From the NCBI GenBank assembly GCA_002269645.1, contig NIVC01000140.1:186001-250000 (forward strand): a stretch of DNA of 64,000 nucleotides, written 5' to 3'. How positions within the stretch are numbered: the stretch's first letter is position 1; each line of letters opens with the position of its first letter. Source of the stretch: Macrostomum lignano. Lineage: Eukaryota. This document shows, in pieces, positions 1 to 12,707 of the stretch. Position numbers and translations under genes: made by a program. The notes below the pieces were generated by a model. The model was not told the DNA's origin and ran no database searches. It saw nothing but the letters and a program-made list of their open reading frames with translations.

Positions 1-150
1 ATAAGCCCACCGTTTGATTGCCACAGACTGGCATAAGCCCACCGTTTGATTGTCACAGACTGGCATAAGCCCACAGTTTGATTGTCACAGACTGGCATAA
101 GCCCACAGTTTGATTGTCACAGACTGGCATAAGCCCACAGTTTGATTGTC
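1..150. repeat. 32-bp minisatellite (ATAAGCCCACAGTTTGATTGTCACAGACTGGC), truncated by the window edge
   Basis: About 4.5 direct copies. Confidence 0.9.
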
Positions 151-423
151 ATATGTACTTCGTAGTGGCATAAGCGCGCACATGGACAACTAAAGCAACG
201 TATATACTTTAGTAGTCCTGCAGCGCGCACTAGGGAGTTACGAATAAATTTAATCCAATTATTTGATCAGAGGATGTCATATAGAAATTTCTCATTATCT
301 AGCTGCATTGACTGGATGCATAAAATTTTGTAGTTAGCAACGAAAGTGCAAAAATGTTTTTCCGTGGAGTGCACCTGTTGTGCAAACAATATTTTCTGTG
401 GTATTTCCCTATAGATCAGTAGA

Positions 424-747
424 CCAGCAACAGCTCATCAGTAGCCCAGCAACAGCTCATCAGTAGCCCAGCAACAGCTCATCAGTAGCCCAGCAACAGC
501 TCATCAGTAGCCCAGCAACAGCTCATCAGTAGCCCAGCAACAGCTCATCAGTAGCCCAGCAACAGCTCATCAGTAGCCCAGCAACAGCTCATCAGTAGCC
601 CAGCAACAGCTCATCAGTAGCCCAGCAACAGCTCATCAGTAGCCCAGCAACAGCTCATCAGTACTCATAGCCCAGCAACAGCTCATCAGTAGCCCAGCAA
701 CAGCTCATCAGTACTCATAGCCCAGCAACAGCTCATCAGTAGCCCAG
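424..747. repeat. 22-bp minisatellite (CAGCAACAGCTCATCAGTAGCC)
   Basis: Direct tandem copies. Confidence 0.92.
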
Positions 748-1397
748 AAAGGTAGCGCGTGTCCCATGGAGACTGTGCACCCACAATGACACGAGATTCC
801 GGTCTCAGCCGTCTCACTTCCCCAGGGTTTTGGGAGACGCGGGAATTCCGGTCAGGAACCGGTAGGAAGGCTGGAGACGGGACTCCACCAGTTGTAACCG
901 AATTCCCAGAGGGCAGCTCGCGGGACAAAGGCAGCAGGGGCGGGCAGACACTGCCGGCAGAAGCTGAGCTTTCTCGCTGATTTATGGCCAGTTTACTGCC
1001 GGGAGCAAAACTGCCGCAGTCTCATCGGGAGAGACTTGTCTGCTACCAGTTTCTGCAAAAACATCTCTGACAGAAATTTCTGCTATAAAGCCTCCTTCAA
1101 TTATGAGCGTTTAATTGCTTGCGCTCAGTCTGGCGAACTGTCTCGGAGAAGCGAGTTGCAATTCGGATTCTAAATTTCTCGGGAAGTTTTTAATCTTCAT
1201 ATCTTGCCACAAATTTTGTTTAAATTGAAGGCTATCTTCATTTAGAACCCGTGCAGTGCGGCCAGTACTACTGCTAGTATTGAATCAGGCACCGGTTTCA
1301 GTTTTTTATTTGCTAATGTCAGTTTTTATAGCTATTCTCATGACTTTGATTCACCAGCTTTCTTCCTATTCGCACGATGAATTCGGTGAGCTTTTGT

Positions 1398-1945
1398 TGG
1401 GCTAGTTCATGGCTATTCTGGGCTATTGCTGGGCTAGTTCATGGCTATTCTGGGCTATTGCTGGGCTAGTTCATGGCTATTCTGGGCTATTGCTGGGCTA
1501 GTTCATGGCTATTCTGGGCTATTTCTGGGCTAGTTCATGGCTATTGCTGGGCTAGTTCATGGCTATTGCTGGACTAGTTCATGGCTATTGCTGGACTAGT
1601 TCATGGCTATTGCTGGGCTAGTTCATGGCTATTGCTGGGCTAATTGCTGGGCTAGTTCATGGCTATTCTGGGCTATTGCTGGGCTAGTTCATGGCTATTC
1701 TGGGCTATTTCTGGGCTAGTTCATGGCTATTGCTGGACTAGTTCATGGCTATTGCTGGGCTAGTTCATGGCTATTGCTGGACTAGTTCATGGCTATTGCT
1801 GGGCTAGTTCATGGCTATTACTGGACTAGTTCATGGGTATTGCTGGGCTAGTTCTGGGCTATTGCTGGGCTAGTTCATGGCTATTGCTGGGCTAGTTCAT
1901 GGCTATTGCTGGGCTAGTTCTGGGCTATTGCTGGGCTAGTTCTGA
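1398..1945. repeat. Composite 11/22/33-bp minisatellite (GGGCTAGTTCATGGCTATTGCT)
   Basis: Tandem copies built from related 11-bp subunits. Confidence 0.9.
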
Positions 1946-2199
1946 GCTCATTAGCTACTAATTGGTATTCAGAATTGTGCTTTTCATTCAACAATCCGCA
2001 TCTTTGAAAAGTTCCAATACAATAGCTGCTGAGCCAGCATGCAGTCAGGCATACAGTCGGACCGCGCTACTGCCATAGTAGGATGAGAGGCATCCGCCAG
2101 TCCTTATTCGATTCACTCGGTCTCGGACTTTGGTGGATGGCCTTCAAAAGTCATTTCAATTCAGTCCATGCCGGGACTGGGCCTTCTCGGTATCTCAGT

Positions 2200-2929
2200 T
2201 GGCTGACCAACCCTGAGGGATTATCGTATGGCTGACCAACCCTGAGGGATTATCGTATGGCTGACCAACCCTGAGGGATTATCGTATGGCTGACCAACCC
2301 TGAGGGATTATCGTATGGCTGACCAACCCTGAGGGATTATCGTATGGCTGACCAACCCTGAGGGATTATCGTATGGCTGACCAACCCTGAGGGATCATCG
2401 TATGGCTGACCAACCCTGGGGGATTATCGTACGGCTGACCAACCCTGAGGGATTATCGTATGGCTGACCAACCCTGAGGGATTATCGTATGGCTGACCAA
2501 CCCTGAGGGATTATCGTATGGCTGACCAACCCTGAGGGATTATCGTATGGCTGACCAACCCTGAAGGATTATCGTATGGCTGACCAACCCTGAGGGATTA
2601 TCGTATGGCTGACCAACCCTGAGGGATTATCGTATGGCTGACCAACCCTGGGGGATTATCGTATGGCTGACCAACCCTGAGGGATTATCGTATGGCTGAC
2701 CAACCCTGAGGGATTATCGTATGGCTGACCAACCCTGAGGGATTATCGTATGGCTGACCAACCCTGAGGGATTATCGTATGGCTGACCAACCCTGAGGGA
2801 TTATCGTATGGCTGACCAACCCTGAGGGATTATCGTATGGCTGACCAACCCTGAGGGATTATCGTATGGCTGACCAACCCTGAGGGATTATCGTATGGCT
2901 GACCAACCCTGAGGGATTATCGTATGGCT
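2200..2929. repeat. 29-bp minisatellite (GGCTGACCAACCCTGAGGGATTATCGTAT), about 25 copies
   Basis: Near-perfect tandem copies with no spacers. Confidence 0.95.
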
Positions 2930-3203
2930 TATGTTCACTTTGGAAATTTTCAATTTGAGTCTGATTAGTTTTGGGTCAATGGATTTATAGAATGATTTGT
3001 ATGAGAGCATGTGAAAAGTCTGGACTAAAGATTACTTAAGAGAATAGAAATCTGTGGCAAAAAATTCAATGAGATCGAGATTTGAGTGTGAAATTACCAT
3101 AAATGAATGACATTCACACCTAATCAGCATTTTAATTCAGCACAGATTCTTTACATAAAGTTAGTCATGTCTCTGGCGCAAGTCCTTATTCTTGTCTTGC
3201 TGC

Positions 3204-3762
3204 TCATGGTGCATTTGCACTTTACCGATCCTGCATGCCCATGGTGCATTCGCACTTTACCGATCCTGTATGCCCATGGTGCATTTGCACTTTACCGATC
3301 CTGTATGCTCATGGTGCATTTGCACTTTACCGATCCTGTATGCTCATGGTGCATTTGCACTTTACCGATCCTGTATGCCCATGGTGCATTCGCACTTTAC
3401 CGATCCTGCATGCCCATGGTGCATTCGCACTTTACCGATCCTGTATGCCCATGGTGCATTTGCACTTTACCGATCCTGTATGCTCATGGTGCATTTGCAC
3501 TTTACCGATCCTGTATGCCCATGGTGCATTCGCACTTTACCGATCCTGCATGCCCATGGTGCATTTGCACTTTACCGATCCTGTATGCTCATGGTGCATT
3601 TGCACTTTACCGATCCTGTATGCCCATGGTGCATTTGCACTTTACCGATCCTGTATGCCCATGGTGCATTTGCACTTTACCGATCCTGCATGCCCATGGT
3701 GCATTTGCACTTTACCGATCCTGTATGCCCATGGTGCATTTGCACTCTACCGATCCTGCATG
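3204..3762. repeat. 35-bp minisatellite (CATGGTGCATTTGCACTTTACCGATCCTGTATGCC)
   Basis: About 16 tandem copies. Confidence 0.95.
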
Positions 3763-4203
3763 CAGTCCAGCTTATCTAAAAGCTTTTATCAAATTATCAA
3801 GCGACTGGATCAACTTATTCTCCGCCAATGTCAGATAGTTGCCGAGCTCAGTTCCAGCTCAGTGGCCACAATTACACCTGTACAAATTCGGCCCTTCACC
3901 ATCATCCGTCATGGTCACGGCCGAGCTGAGCTGGCTGGGGTGGCTCAACTGCCCTCATGCAGGATGCCCGCTGGAAACTGCAGGGCCCCAAAACTGACTG
4001 CCATTTTTGTTGCACAACATCTCGCAATGCCCGGCGTCTGTTCTCAGCGCAAATTGATGGCTTGAGTCCAGAGCGTGCCAGATCTGGCCAATGATCCCCA
4101 AATAGCTTGTATCCCTCACAATATCCCTAATTCCTCCCGCATTTTCACGGTTGGCAACAGAGGGGACTCGGGGTGGCCGGGGAGAAAGGGCGAGGGGCTC
4201 CCA

Positions 4204-4279
4204 TTGGCTGGCACGCGTCTGCCATTGGCGGGCGCTCGGAGGGGCGCCACCCCCTCCACCCCAGATGAGGCCTATAAAA
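4204..4279 (+). promoter_or_regulatory. HES core promoter: two reverse CCAAT boxes, class-C site GGCACGCG, TATA box
   Basis: ATTGG at 4204-4208 and 4224-4228, GGCACGCG at 4211-4218, TATAAAA at 4273-4279, about 90 nt before the ATG. Confidence 0.6.
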
Positions 4280-4367
4280 CTCGCCAAGGGTCCCTGGGGA
4301 GAGGCTCACAAGCCAAGTATCCCATCGACTCCAAGCTTTCCAAACTCAGCCAAGACTCCGCCAAGCA

Positions 4368-4805
4368 GTGATGGAGAACCTGAACAGCAGCAGCGGCCCC
4401 TGCCAGCAGCAGAGCCGTCGGGTCACCAAGCAGATGATGGAGCGCAAGAGACGAGCGAGGATTAACGCCAGCCTCGATCAGCTCAAGGAGCTGCTGATGG
4501 AGCAGTTCCAGCTCGATCCCACCCAGTACCAGAAGCTGGAGAAGGCCGACATCCTGGAGCTGACTGTCTCCTGCCTGCAGCAGCGCCAGCAACGCCAGCA
4601 GAAGCAGCAGCGCCGGCCGCTGGGCTGCCTGGACAACCGCGGCGCCAGCGGAGCCACCGAGGCGCCTGCAGAGGCCGCCGACAGCCGCCGACAGCCACTG
4701 GTTCGATGCGCCTCCGACGCCCCGCAGGCATCGGCGATGCAGGCCGAGGACTCGAACAGCTGGCACGGCGCCGCCTCCTCCGCGCCAGTGTGGCGGCCCT
4801 GGTAA
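4368..4805 (+). CDS. Hairy/Enhancer-of-split (HES) family bHLH repressor, single exon, 145 aa
   Basis: bHLH sequence RRVTKQMMERKRRARINASLDQLKELL...QKLEKADILELTVSCL and the C-terminal WRPW Groucho-binding motif. TATAAAA at 4273-4279 and AATAAA near 5146. Confidence 0.93.
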   Translation: MMENLNSSSGPCQQQSRRVTKQMMERKRRARINASLDQLKELLMEQFQLDPTQYQKLEKADILELTVSCLQQRQQRQQKQQRRPLGCLDNRGASGATEAPAEAADSRRQPLVRCASDAPQASAMQAEDSNSWHGAASSAPVWRPW

Positions 4806-4845
4806 ACTCTGGCGGCAGCTTGCGAACCGGAGACTGCAGCCCAGC

Positions 4846-4853
4846 CTGTGATA
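4846..4853 (+). promoter_or_regulatory. K-box (CTGTGATA), miR-2-family 8mer site in the HES 3' UTR
   Basis: Exact CTGTGATA 41 nt after the stop codon. Confidence 0.55.
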
Positions 4854-5331
4854 GAGACTCGCTTATAGCAGCCATTTTGTACAGCCTTGCTTAGTTATGC
4901 AACGCTTCAAATCTTTCTCAGCGTTTTCCTGTACATACACAATTGCCACTGTCTGCCTTATTTGCTCTTGTGAATGCCAAGGCTTTAAACTGTCTGCATG
5001 CAAGCTTTCACGTGTCTGAATATTTCATATGTATTGGTACGACTCCGCCTGGAACACTACAAATAATACGCTTTCATATTGTATTTTATTGTATTGACTT
5101 AACTGGTTGGTGTGGACAATGAAGCACATTAATTTCCATGTGGCAAATAAAACATCATTTGGAGTGAGTTTCTGTACAGATAAGAGAAATCCGTTGAAAA
5201 TTTATCCCAAAATTAATTACTGCTTCTGTTGCTGTTCTTCCTTTTCACGCATCGAATGAATGAGCTGGGTGCATTGCACTATAGCTGTAGCATTGCATTA
5301 ATTGCGCTATAGAGGCGGTTGTGAATCTGAC

Positions 5332-5683
5332 TAATGCAATGAGTGCGAATCCAATGCAATGAGTGTGAATCCAATGCAATGAATGCGAATCCAATGCAAT
5401 GAGTGGGAATCCAATGCAATGAGTGTGAATCCAATGCAATGAGTGCGAATCCAATGCAATGAGTGGGAATCCAATGCAATGAGTGCAAATCCAATGCAAT
5501 GAGTGCCAATCCAATGCAATGAGTGCCAATCCAATGCAATGAGTGCAAATCCAATGCAATGAGTGCCAATCCAATGCAATGAGTGCAAATCCAATGCAAT
5601 GAGTGCGAATCCAATGCAATGAGTGCGAATCCAATGCAATGAGTGCGAATCCAATGCAATGAGTGCGAATCCAATACAATGAA
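5332..5683. repeat. 20-bp minisatellite (AATCCAATGCAATGAGTGCG)
   Basis: About 17 tandem copies. Confidence 0.93.
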
Positions 5684-7911
5684 CAAAACCATGGATAAAA
5701 GGAGTTCACCTGCTTTCACAATTTATTCATTAGAAATATTAAAGATAAATTGCACATGGCCTCAGACAGCTCCAAGGAATCGGAGAGCCAGGCAGTCAGA
5801 GTAAAAAAGCGCAGATACAAATTTTGAGGCCCCAAAGTCAAAGCCCTGTTTACGATATTAAACTATTAAGTCTTGAATTCAAATATTCAAAACTCATAAC
5901 AATAGCTCCAATATCAGATCAAAGGTCTGGAGACTCAAGAATCAAGGTTGTAAGAGCTTTGTTCTTTCTCAAGCAAATTTCCCAGTGCTTTTTTCCAGTC
6001 TTATGAAATCTGCTTGCGCGGTCAGATTGTTCGTAAAAAATTGGGGCTCTCAACTGACCAAGTGGCCGGAATGGAGGCCACAGAGACGGTGTGTGAGCTC
6101 GGACTCAAAGTTATGCTATTTAGATATGCAAAGCCATGCTAATGAGCGGCCGCTCGCAATCTGAGTTGTATCGAAATCGATTTATGAGGCCACTCAGGCT
6201 GTCAAGTGGGCTCAACAAGGCAAAATTTATGTTTTGAGCTGCAGTCCCGAGTCCCCACTTGTGGCCGCACAACCCACTTCCCAAGCCTTGTTGCTAAAAA
6301 ACCTCTCGTGTTATTGGCTTATTCATTTCCGTTGGACAAACCTTGCTAAAGAAGCACGTCTTCCAGAACAGGCGCATTGCGCAAGCCGCGGGGCCTCTCG
6401 GAGCCACCAACGGCGGCGATTGCGCGAGTGCCGAGCTCGAATTGCTTTTTGCCGCTTGTTGACAGGACTTTGTGAGGCTGCTGGGCTGCGCTGATCCGCT
6501 GTGTCCACAGCCGGCCGCGCAGCAGGGCGCCCTGTGTATTTTTGTATATTTTTGCTGGAATGCTCGGCCCCAGCCAATTTGAGTGAAGGCAGCAAAAACT
6601 TTAAAAAGCCGCCCGCGCAATCGTCGGCCTCCAGCAGCCTCGAGTGGCGCCACTTGACGGGGCCATGGGGAATCGTTTGCTCGGATGAGGCAACAATGAG
6701 ATCCCATCGCTTTGCGATCCCCAAAAATGGATTCGAATGAATTTTCAATACAATTGGAGCATGAGGTGTACCAATCAATGAGAGCAAATATGCGGGGTGA
6801 CAAACTGCTCAAATTTATGTAAACTCTGTCATTGAGCTGAGCTGTGTTGTCACTGGCCTGTCACCGGCACACTCTGCGACATGCCCTGCTCACACAAAAA
6901 CTCTTTCGGCTGATTTATATTTGCGCCGAATGAAAGGGGAGCAGCTCGATCGAGAATTGATTTATGAGTTTCGCGGTTATTAAGTGCCGTGAGCGCTCGT
7001 CATCCTCGCACCCAGTCGGCATTGAGGCCGGGCATTGTCTCGCCAGCTCCTCCCGCGGGCCGGAGACGCCGCTTGGGAACATAATTGACAAATTATTGCA
7101 TTATCCCGCGCATGCGGGGTCTGAGAGACTCAAATTAGATAGAGATGGACACGCGGGGAGATCGATCCCCACTGGGGCAGCTCGGGTCTCACCGACCGAA
7201 GTGCTCGGGGAGGCCCCCGCCTGCCGCCTCGGGGCCTCCGGAGCAACTGGTGATTAAGTGGGCAGTTGGCCCGTATTGCACTCCTGCAATTAGGGCCCGC
7301 TGCACTGTTGCCGGGCCGCCGTGTTCTATGGCCCGGACCCCCTGCCCAAATTGGATTCTCGCCGCTTCGCTGCGGACACGGGGCCAACAGCGGCTTTGTT
7401 GAGGCGCGCGGCCCGTGAAGAACTGCCGCAAACAGCCGCCTTGGACATCGCCTGGAGGAGGGCGGCCGTCCCCCACCCCCACCCTTCCCGTTGCTGTTTT
7501 CATTTGCCGGGGAGTGCCGATCTTTATCCAGCAAGCTGCATTAGTGAGTCTTTGTTTTTCTCTCACATTCGACAAGGCGTTTCCATGCAATTTGTTTGGC
7601 CAGGTCGGCACTTCGTAAAATTGGTGCACGAGTCAGGCTGGCTAATGGCTTGAAATTTTTCTATTGAGGACTTGAATTCCACTATGACAGGCTTTCACTG
7701 TTTGACTGGTCAGTTGCGAACCAGCCATGCATTCCACACTCTTATCGCCTTTCCTCTGGCATTTTCCCCTGTGCCTAGCATCACGAGCCTAGCTTTGCGT
7801 CCATTAGTCCGCTTAGGAAATGTGCTTTCTACAAATCAACTGTCTCTGTATCCTGAATTTTGGTCAGCTTTGACCTTGAGCTTCAATGTCTGTCTCTCTC
7901 TAATTGTGCTT

Positions 7912-8392
7912 GTCTGCATCTGTCTGCATCTGTCTGTATCTCTCTGCCTCTGTATCTGTCTGTCTCTCTCTCTGTATCTGTCTGTATCTGCCTGTATCTT
8001 TCTGTATATTTGTCTTTATCTCTCTCTGCATCTATCTGTCTTTATCTGTCTGTCTCTCTCTCTGTATCTGTCTGTATCCATCTGTATCTCTGTATCTGTC
8101 TATATCCATCTGTATCTCTGTATCTGTCTATATCCATCTGTATCTCTGTATCTGTCTGTATCCATCTGTATCTCTGTATCTGTCTATATCCATCTGTATA
8201 TCTGTATCTGTCTGTATCTCTGTATCTGTCTGTATCCATCTGTATCTCAGTATCTGTCTATATCCATCTGTATCTCTGTATCTGTCTGTATCTGTCTGTA
8301 TCCATCTGTATCTCTGTATCTGTCTGTATCTGTCTGTATCCATCTGTATCTCTGTATCTGTCTGTATCTCTGTATCTGAATCTGTCTGTCTC
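7912..8392. repeat. (TCTGTA)-type low-complexity microsatellite
   Basis: Degenerate hexamer repeats. Confidence 0.9.
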
Positions 8393-9405
8393 ACTCGTCT
8401 CCCTTTCTCTGACCCGCTGTCCCTCTCTATTTTAAACGCTCTCTCCATCCCACAGTCTCAGCTCTACTCTTCCCCTTTCCCTGCGCGCACACCTTAAGCA
8501 TCAACTGAGCCCCAGTAACCGGGCGATAGCAGAGCAGCTGAGCAGCTCCAGAATCCGTGACTGACAGGCCATCGCACGGCACACTTCGCATCTCCCGTGG
8601 GCCAGTCGAGTGTCCTAAAATTGCATGTTTCCCAATTCACAAGCAGGCAATGCTGGCCAAATACTTGTTGAGCCCGAGCTTGGGAAATAGATGGATATTC
8701 GATTCGAATTAGATCGAATTGCCACTCGAACAATGCAGGCCATCTCGGCCCGGAGACAGGGGGGCTCCATCCGGCTGCTCAGCGGTGACGCCACGCCGAG
8801 TTTTTGTCGCGAGCCGCACGGAGGCCGGCGGGGGGTCGCGGCCATAGACAGCAGCTTTGAGAAGGCAATTACGAGTCAGGAGGAGGGCGGAAGCCGGCCA
8901 TCCCCGGACTCTCGTCATCGGTGACAGCTCGGATGACACTGCGGGAGACTTGCGTCACCGCCCGCAGTTTTCAATAATATAAATATTCGCTACTCGAGCC
9001 TGCGCCATAAACTCGTTGCCGAGGCCTGCAGTTTGCCTGCAAGTTTTGTTTGGCTAAACTGGCCAGTCAGCTGACCCCAGCTGTGCTTAATCCCCAGGCC
9101 CGTCACGCTGGGGCATCAGTGGGATATCAATGAGCTGGAGGGGCGGGCCCGTGGCGTAATCCGGCCAGGTGCGACTGCATCCGGGTCAGCGCCGCCCGTG
9201 CGGGGATCGAAGAAGGAGCGCTGAAGTGGCCGAAGCGCTCGGAGCGGTGCGAACTCCCTAAGCATTTCGAGTTCGCCTTAACTTTACAGATGCGGCTGTT
9301 GGGCCTTCGTGCGGCAGCTGCTGGGGCGGTCGCGAGACTTCTGCGCTCTTGGAAGGCCCGCCGGCTTTTGGTGGCTTTTTTCAAGGCAAATGACTCTGTT
9401 GCTAG

Positions 9406-10345
9406 GACTCGTGTCATGACAGCATCCAGCTTTATGACTCGTGTCATGACAGCATCCAGCTTTATGACTCGTGTCATGACAGCATCCAGCTTTATGACTC
9501 GTGTCATGACAGCATCCAGCTTTATGACTCGTGTCATGACAGCATCCAGCTTTATGACTCGTGTCATGACAGCATCCAGCTTTATGACTCGTGTCATGAC
9601 AGCATCCAGCTTTATGACTCGTGTCATGACAGCATCCAGCTTTATGACTCGTGTCATAACAGCATCCAGCTTTATGACTCGTGTCATGACAGCATCCAGC
9701 TCTATGACTCGTGTCATGACAGCATCCAGCTTTATGACTCGTGTCATGACAGCATCCAGCTCTATGACTCGTGTCATGACAGCATCCAGCTTTATGACTC
9801 GTGTCATGACAGCATCCAGCTCTATGACTCGTGTCATGACAGCATCCAGCTCTATGACTCGTGTCATGACAGCATCCAGCTCTATGACTCGTGTCATGAC
9901 AGCATCCAGCTTTATGACTCGTGTCATGACAGCATCCAGCTTTATGACTCGTGTCATAACAGCATCCAGCTTTATGACTCGTGTCATGACAGCATCCAGC
10001 TCTATGACTCGTGTCATGACAGCATCCAGCTTTATGACTCGTGTCATGACAGCATCCAGCTTTATGACTCGTGTCATGACAGCATCCAGCTTTATGACTC
10101 GTGTCATGACAGCATCCAGCTTTATGACTCGTGTCATGACAGCATCCAGCTTTATGACTCGTGTCATGACAGCATCCAGCTTTATGACTCGTGTCATGAC
10201 AGCATCCAGCTTTATGACTCGTGTCATGACAGCATCCAGCTTTATGACTCGTGTCATGACAGCATCCAGCTCTATGACTCGTGTCATGACAGCATCCAGC
10301 TTTATGACTCGTGTCATGACAGCATCCAGCTTTATGACTCGTGTC
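9406..10345. repeat. 30-bp minisatellite (GACTCGTGTCATGACAGCATCCAGCTTTAT), about 31 copies
   Basis: Near-perfect tandem copies containing the palindrome TGTCATGACA. Confidence 0.96.
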
Positions 10346-12574
10346 GTAGGTACAGTTCTTAGTTAGCCAGGCGCAGAAACTTGAATGGTATTGAAGTTTT
10401 CACAGAAAATTTTATCTGTGGAAATTAAGAAAGCAAATCTTTCCAAAATACTAAAGCATAAAAATCGTTTATTCAGAGGCTCCTTTCCCAAGTGTGAAAT
10501 CCCAATGGCTTCTTTGCCCCCCCCCGTGGCTCCAGACTACCTCCAAAAACAAGCCTCAATGGCATGAAGAGGCTCGGCTGTTCCCTCTGAATTTTTTACC
10601 CAAAGCTTGGCCACCGCACTGGCGAGGGCGTCAAAAAGTCAGCAAACGGCAGGGTGACGCAACCGATGGGGCCATAAACAGAGGCTGGAGTCTCCCAGCG
10701 GGGGGCCGGCACCCCAAATCCTGTGGGCTGCGGAGCAACTGCCGCCAATCCTCAAAGCCGATTGCCTGCCTGTCAGGTCCAGCGCACAGGCAGCGGCAGG
10801 GTTAATTCTCGCACTGCCAGCCGGTGATGCAACCTGCGCATTCGGCTTCACAATTTATTGCCACTTTTTGCTGCTTTCGCGCTGCAATTCGCGCACTTGC
10901 ACGGCAAAGTTGACACTCCAGCTTATCTGCGGCTGTTTGACTTTGCCGGCCGGGGCCGAGGATGAAGGAGGCTGGGAGATACCGCCGCGAGTGACGCAAT
11001 GCCGCACTGTTTAGCCGGGAATTGGGTGTCGCACTTCGAACTGACGCAGGGATCTGCAGAGGGAGTTTCGAGCCCGCACCTGCGGCCTGAAGCCCCGGCA
11101 CTGAGAATCGGGCTGAAAGCAATTACAGAGATAATAAATCTGGCAGGCAATTCTTCACAGGCCGCAGGGTCAATTAACACAGGAAAATCAGCCTGTGATG
11201 CTGAACACCACGAGCCACTGGTCATTTCTGCGTGGATAATCAAATCTTCTCTTGAAAACGTTGCAGTTTCTTTTACCAACCAGCTTTTCCTTAATTTGAG
11301 TCCTCAATCTCAACCAGCGGTTTTCCGGTGCCTTGCTGGGGAACCAAAGTGTGGGTCACTGAGTCCGCATTGGTCATCATCTGCCTGACGGACCTTCGGG
11401 GCCATAAAAATGCCCCGACAAGTTTCAGAACGACAAATTCCACCGTGAAAACAACCCAGAGATGAGGGCGCACGGAGACGGCACCAAACCTGCCAGAGAT
11501 TTCTGTTTCGGGCAGCGGGGCGACTCGCGCGTGGAAACTCGAGAGCGACTGAAAGCAGAACTGAAAGTAACAAAAAGCAGTCGGTGAAACAAGAAAAAGC
11601 ATGGCATTCGCTGCATTTTTGCCAGTTGGGTGTCAGTTTCTGTGCTTTATGGCCGCCGAACTCCCATTGGCAACTGGGGATCGCTACAATTATGGGCTTT
11701 GGAAACTGAAATCAGAGCAAACCTGCGGGCCCTACAGTGCGGAGCGCGGGCTGACAATTAAACATTTTGCGAGCCACATTGACAACCGGGGAGCCGGGCA
11801 GAACAGGGCTTGTTGCTTGACTGTTCAGTTTCGGCCTTCATAAATATTTTATTGCTCGCTGAGATTTTACAGGACATGCGCTGAGCTTTCGCGTTCTTTA
11901 ACCCCGAGTGTCTCAGCGTGGGAAATGTCTATGGCACAAAGGGGAAAGTTTTATCGGAGCAATGGATGAGACACTTTTGGTTCGCTGTTTATGGCCCGCA
12001 GACTGCAGTTTACGGTGCGAAATTTCCCAGCAATATCTCTTCACTCGGGTTTTACATCTCAGTGCTGCTTGGAGAATAAACTTGGGAAGGCACTCGATGT
12101 TGTTGGCCATGGAGACTACATAGTGAGAATATCATTTGGCCGCAAAGCAGTGCCATCTAAGAGCTAAGCACAATAAGCATCCAAATCTAGAAAGCACTTT
12201 CTGAGTCTCTTATTGGCTTTGATTTCTACCGCAAGCAACAGGCAGCCGGCAGTTGCCCCCTCCCCGTGCCACCAACAGACCCCTGCCTGCACCAGCGAAT
12301 CCTGGATGCAGAGGCGGCACGGGCGGTGCGCTACAGAGGAAACTGAGGCAGTTTCTCACGGCCGCGGCAGCCGAGAACTGGGTCAGCTGGGTCAGCTGGG
12401 TCAGCAGGGCACGGGAAACCCCTGCAGGGGCTGCCAGCGCCATTTCCTACCGAAACGGAAACTCATCGCATCATAAACATTTTTTGCTGGCTGAGCCTCA
12501 GCTGCCGCTGCCCAGCATCGCATGACACCGGTGGGGGATGCTGGCATGCAGTGCTTCATGTCCGGGGATGCCAA

Positions 12575-12707
12575 TTCAATCTACAGATCCCAATTCAATC
12601 TACAGATCCCAGTTCAATCTACAGATCCCAATTGAATCTACAGATCCCAGTTCAATCTACAGATCCCAATTGAATCTACAGATCCCAGTTCAATCTGCAG
12701 ATCCCAA
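12575..12707. repeat. 19-bp minisatellite (AATCTACAGATCCCAGTTC)
   Basis: About 7 copies. Confidence 0.85.

Noticed and set aside
3800-4367. Su(H)/CSL paired site in the proximal HES promoter
   Set aside because: No YGTGRGAA match; only a mismatched CGTGAAAA (minus strand, near 4144) without a partner.
2200-10345. 29-35-bp repeats (2200-2929, 3204-3762, 9406-10345) as CRISPR arrays
   Set aside because: The units abut with no unique spacers, there are no cas genes, and the context is eukaryotic.
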